From NCBI GenBank assembly GCA_017354515.1, contig JAFMQT010000001.1:1-38483 (forward strand): a DNA stretch of 38,483 nt. Direction: 5' to 3'. The notes beneath the pieces were generated by a model, which saw only the letters and a list, made by a program, of their open reading frames with translations, searched no databases and was not told the DNA's origin. Both the position numbers and the translations under genes were made by a program. Below, in pieces: positions 30,301-36,300 of this stretch (its first letter is position 1; the number at the start of each line of letters is the position of its first letter). Origin of the DNA: Nocardia sp. (lineage in GTDB: Bacteria > Actinomycetota > Actinomycetes > Mycobacteriales > Mycobacteriaceae).

Positions 30301-33300
30301 GAGCCCACCTCGCAAAAATTCAACGTCGGTGAGGCGCACGCGGAATCGGTCGAAGGACCGCGACTCGATCGGGGTCAAACGACGGCGTAGCCAGTCGTCC
30401 ATACGGGCCCACACATCATCACCAGGCCAACGGTGGTCCGTTATCGCCACCCCTTCGGCTATCAGCCGATCCAGGGCCGGCAGGTGAGTCACAGATTCGC
30501 GCTGCTCGCCGAGATCCGGCGGTGGCGGCGATCGAGTCGTCGCGGTCTCGGACACAGCGACACGGAACCACACGGAGATTTCGCCGGCAGAACCCACCGG
30601 AGCCGCGCCCCAAAGAAACCCGCTGGCCTGCAGGGCTCTGGTCGCACAATCGACGATGAAATTCACGTCCGGAACACCGGCCCGGGGTAATCCGCTGACC
30701 GCCACCGTCACCTCCGGGAGGTCAGTGCCGGCATCATCACCCACCGTGACCCGCACACTCGGTGTCGAAGCGGAGTCGTTGCTCAGCGCGGCCGCCAGGC
30801 GGAGCGTCAATCGAACTGCTGTATCGGCGAGATCGACACCGACCACGCCCGCCAACAGGGTCTGGAGCGCACGCCGCTCGTCCTCATCGGATGCCAGATC
30901 CTCCGGGTGGTCGTGCCAGGTGTCCCCACTGATGTCGAATGGCACTGTCGTCGAACTACTTTCACCGGTCAGATCGTCAAAGGTATCCGCACCCGGTGAC
31001 TGTTCCAATGCTGAATCAGCTTCAGCAGCGTCGTCGTCGATGCGTGCATCTTCGGGGCGCAAAGACGTGCCGATGATGGTTTCGAGTTGGAATGCGACCG
31101 TCTCCGCCAAATTCGCGGGCTGTATTCCGAAGGCCGCGTCGAATGCTGCCGATTGTTCGGTGATCAGCCGGTCCAGCCCCGCTTGGGCTTGGAGGATATC
31201 CGGAGTGCCTTGCCCGGCATCGATCAATTCATTGGATAGCCGCCACATCATGCCGGCCGCACGCAGCGGCATGAGGTAGGCATATTCACCGTTGACGGTG
31301 GGCGCGGCAAGATCAGGCGTATCCCGCCATGCCGCGGCAATTCGCTTCGCGATATCCAACGCGTGTTCGGCGGCGCGGGACATATCCGAATCGGGGAGTG
31401 TCGGCAGTTTCGCGGCCAGGTCGGTCAGCGCGTCGAGTATCGGGGCAGCGATGGCGATCGATTGAGCGAAGGTGTGCTGCGGGTCGATCGTCGCATGCCA
31501 CATAAGTCCCTCGATCAACACCAGGGTGGCGTCCGGTGCTCCGGTCCGGCGTGCGTGATCGGCAATGAGACGCCACGGCCACTGGGCGTCGAAGAGGAAT
31601 ACTCCATCTCCCAATCTCGGCCCGAACTCGCTGAATTCGCCGATCCGGTCGGCAGGCGGGTGCGGAGACTTGGCCACCGCCCCGGTCACCACGTCCACGA
31701 TATCCGGAATATCATCGGAAGTAACACCAACACAAGGATATTCGACAGCCGTATTGTGCAGTGGATGGATCCGATTGGGCTTGTATTTCTCGATAATATC
31801 CAGTAAGGCAACGATTTCCGGATATATCGGAGTGCCATCGAAACCGAACTCCGCCTGCTCGTCGCGGTGCCCCCGATAGATGGTCCGGATCGCATCCTCG
31901 GTTCGGAGCGGAACACAGTCGGCCCAACCTTCGGCTCGCTTCATAGCGACCGGTTCGAGACTGAGCAGAATGCACCATCTACGTTGCCGGGCAACGGGAT
32001 CACTCACGGCGAAGTCCATCAACGCCTGCACCGTACCCGAAGCCCACGGTTCGTTCGGGTGCACGCCGCCGTAGGCCAGAGTTGTCGGTGCATCCTCACG
32101 ATCTGCCCCGACCACCAACATCTGCAGGGGTGTCCGGCCATCACGAGCCGTACCGACCTGCACGAGCTCACACACACCAGGATTATCCTCGGCGAGCTGG
32201 GCCGCGTACGACGACAACTCGTCAACTGTGAGCGGTCTGTCGCCAAGCCCGCTCACCGCCCGCTCGACATGTTCCGCCCACGGGTCACCACGCCGCCCCG
32301 ATCCAGCCGCATTGGGGTTCCCGCGGCGTTTACCTGCGCCGGACGGCCCGGTGGCAGCATCGCGCCCGGTCGAGTCCTCTGTGGTCGGTTCATCATCATG
32401 TCGCCCACCCCTCGCCGAGGGATCCGACTCGACGGATTCATCGGATCGCGACCCACTCAACTGTGCTGTGGCAGAGCCGATGACGATGTCAGTGGACACG
32501 AGCCGATGCTCAGCATTGAGCTCACGAGCGATCCGGTCGACGAGTTCGTCGGGCGTAGTGTCACTCCATCCGCTGAATTTCCTGACGAGATCGCGGGTCT
32601 GCCCCAAGTCATCGTCGGCCACCTGCCAACCGGAACGATCACCGAAGAGTCGAAGCAATCGCCAGTGGTTTCCGACGCGGAAGGCATGAACCTGCTGTTC
32701 GGCGACGCGACCGTCGACAGGCCGCTGAACAGCTACCGTGACGGTGGACGGACCGATCCGGGTACTGTTGTCTGTACCGACCGGCAGTTCGACTCTGATC
32801 ACCGTGCCGACACGCTCGTACGCGACGCGTAGTTTGGCAAGCCCGACAGGGCTGTTGCGGTCACCGTAATCGACCCAGCTCTGGGCGATGGCCGCCATTG
32901 CCGAAGTGGCCAGATCCGGGTCACCGGGGATCGCGTAGGCGAGGAACTCGCGGATTTGGTGGAGAGTTCTGGCCCGATCGGCGCCGATATCCCAGTGAGC
33001 CTGACATGAGTTCACCGGTCGTCCGACAATCGGGGGGCCGATCGGTACTGTCACCCGCAGTTGGGTGGATCCCGGCAACCGGACGGCGAATTCGTAATCC
33101 TCGCTGTATCCGTGTGTTTCACGGTGCTCGGCGAGGTCAATGCGCCACTCGATGGTATTTGCCGGACGCGCCGGGCTCCTGGACGCGAGCAGCACCCCGA
33201 CCAGGCCCGTGGGATCCGGCACCAGGTCACCGGCCACCACACGCGCCGCGGCGCTGATCCCGGCCGCATCGTGATCGCTTTCCAGTAGTCGCGCCGAACC

Positions 33301-36300
33301 AATCATTTCGCCGTGGTCGGAGGTCGATGGCACATTGAAAGCCAGCTGTATAGCCTGGCCGTTTTCGCCCGACACGGTCAGAAAAAATTGCGTCGGGCGC
33401 CGTCTACCGTTGACGATTCGCGGAGCAGCGACACCGGGCGCGGACAGTTCGATCGATCCACTTCCGTACTTGGGGGTCAGTTGTTCGACGGCACTCACGA
33501 TCTGACGGCGTTCGACCGCATCGCCATCGAGAACAGCCGTGCCGAAGGCCGTGCGCCACAGCCGATCCGCGGTCCTATGTGGGTCGTCGTCGGCAGCGAA
33601 GTGCACAGCAATCTTCTGCACGTCACCCCGCCGCAGCCGGACCGACTCCGAGTGCACTTGTACGTCGGAGCCGACACGGCTGACCATGGTGATCGTGACC
33701 GCGACATGCGAGGAGCGCTGAGCGGAGTCGTGCCGCGTTGTCATGGTCACCACGGCGTCGGCAGCCGGGCCCGTCCTCTGGGCCAGTACAAGAGCGCTCG
33801 TCCGCAGATCGTCCAGGTCCCGTTCCCCCGCCCAAGGAACCAAATCCTTCCACAAACTCTCAGCAGCCGAAACAGTAGCCGCCGCAAACGAACCCCCTGA
33901 AGAGGCACCGTCGGCAACCGGGCGGCGGCTGACGCTCACCCGGCGAGCTCCCCGCGCACGAACCGAGAGGAATGGCTGTCTCGGGTTGCCGGCATCGCGC
34001 GCCCAATGGGCCCAAATCCGAGACCGGTCACCGCCGTAGATCCGTTCAAGAGCACCGATCTCACCGGTGGTCAATGCCTGATCGAGGGGCCCTTCGTGCA
34101 GCATCGACAGACTCGGCCCATCAGGCTGCTCGGCAATGTTCACCCGGAGCATGCAGCTGTCGTCACCGACACCATCGAGCGTGGCGATCACCTTCTGATG
34201 CACCCCGGTCTGCTTCCGGCCGGTTTTCGGGTCGACGCCCGGTGGGTCGGTCCCTGACTCGATAATCGCCTGGGCAAGACGTTCGACGGCATCGCTCGTG
34301 TCCCGATTCGTCGTGCCGACGCCTCGAGCAGCGGCGGACACCACCGACGTCAGCTGGGTCAGGGCATTCGTCAAATACTCTTGTGCCTTAGGTTGATTCG
34401 CCTTCCGGTCGGCGGCAATGCGCGCCTCAACCTTCACGGTGTCATCGCTGATGGTCACCTCGGCGACCGACTCGAAGTCCGCGCCAACGACGACAAGATG
34501 CAGTTCCCGCACCGCAGGATCCGGATCGACCCACAGACGTAACACCGCGGGTTTGTCCGGCGGAATGTCAGGATAGGCCACCGCGGTAGCGGCCACGACG
34601 GCTGCGCGAGCGAGCGTCTGGCGATCCACCCATCCGCGGTAGTAGTCACGCCACCTCCACTCACGGGTAGCAGCGGCCACCATGTGGTCGATATCACCCG
34701 TCAGGTCGTCCGGCAGATACGGTGCCGGCGTCCAGGGGATATCGCGCCCGCGCAATTCCGGAGGGATTTCAGGCGGCCGCCGACGCCCACGCGCCCACGG
34801 CAATCCGAACCGGCGGTGCGGGAGCGAGGATTGGTTGAGGAACCGCGGTACTGCTCTGCTGATTCCAGCCGCATCCGAACTCCATGGCGTCATCCGCCGC
34901 CGCCCCGCGCCCGCGGCAGGCGGGCCGTCCGGTCGCGGACCGAGTTCCGAGTCCGAGTGATCGGACATGAGATCTTGGGCATCATTGCCAGGACGTTCGA
35001 GTTTGGACGCGGAAAGGCCATTAATTTCATTGTCCGGCAATACCTCTGGCGCATGACTCGCCGACCCGGTCGGAGTAGCCGAGACAGTCCTATCAGGTCC
35101 TGTGGTGTCCTCCCCTCCGGGACGGTCATCGATGTGACGGCTGGGGTCGGGACTGTCTAGTAGGCCGGCGCCGTAGCAGATGGCATGGTACAGGTAGCGG
35201 GCCCCGTCCAAGCTCAGATCGAGTTCGGTGGCGATGGTCGTGACCGGCCGATCGCCCATTGCTAGTGCGAACAGTCCTTCCTCGCCACGGCGTTCCGGAA
35301 TCCGGGACATGCCGGCGGCCAACCCGGCCTTCGTTTTTGTTCGTGCCGCACGGACTTCGTCCGCATAGATCCGGAATATTTCTTTCCGAGCTTCGGTTTC
35401 ATCCACGGTGCCGGCGAGCGTATGAACAAATTTCCAGAACACGTCAGTGTGATCGGATGCTACATTCAGTTGACCCGGCCGTATCAGATACGCATTTACG
35501 GCCTTGTCGAATATCGATTCCGGAATTCCGTTCTCATCGCGAATGATGCGCAGTGATGCGAGCGTCGGCATGCCCTGACCAGCTTCCCATCGCTCAATTC
35601 TCGGCGCGGGGAGGGGGCCACCGAAATTCTTTCCGGTTTCTCGTGCAGCCAGGATCCGATAGGCGCGAAGCCACTGTCCGACCGTCGTGTAGTCAGCCGG
35701 ATCGGCAGCCAATACCCGGGCAATGTATTCGAGTTTGTCGCCCGCTTCGGGAAATTCTGAATAATTCCGCACGATCGGACCTATGTAATCGTCTGGCAGA
35801 TCGACGGCCGCGAGGGCGTTGCCCAACTCCTCGGAACCCATCGGTTCTCGCAACCCCCGTGCGAGCAAACCCAGCTGGACGAACGCGATATCTTTCGCCG
35901 ACGACTCGGCCAACAATCCCAATGCACGTACCCGAACCTGCGTTTCGGCGAACGCAGTCACTTTCTCATCCTCGTACGAAGAGAGGGCATCACGTTCAGG
36001 TCGGGACAGGCGATCGAATCGGGAAAGAATCTGCTCCGGCGTCTGGTCAGCGATTTTGCGCGCAATCTCAGGGTGGGCGGCGGCAGCCCGGATAATCAAC
36101 CAAGTCTTTTCTGCCTCGCTGCGGTACTCAACTACTACATCACTCAATGCCGCCACGAGGCATCGCTCGAAGGTCTCGACGAACTCGCCCTCGGTGATCG
36201 TGGCTGCGCTCCGCAGACCATCACGAGCACGTCGCAGAGCCCTCTCGGCCAATGCCCCCACCCTGCTGTCATCCATTTCGAGCTCAATCAACTCGGTCTC

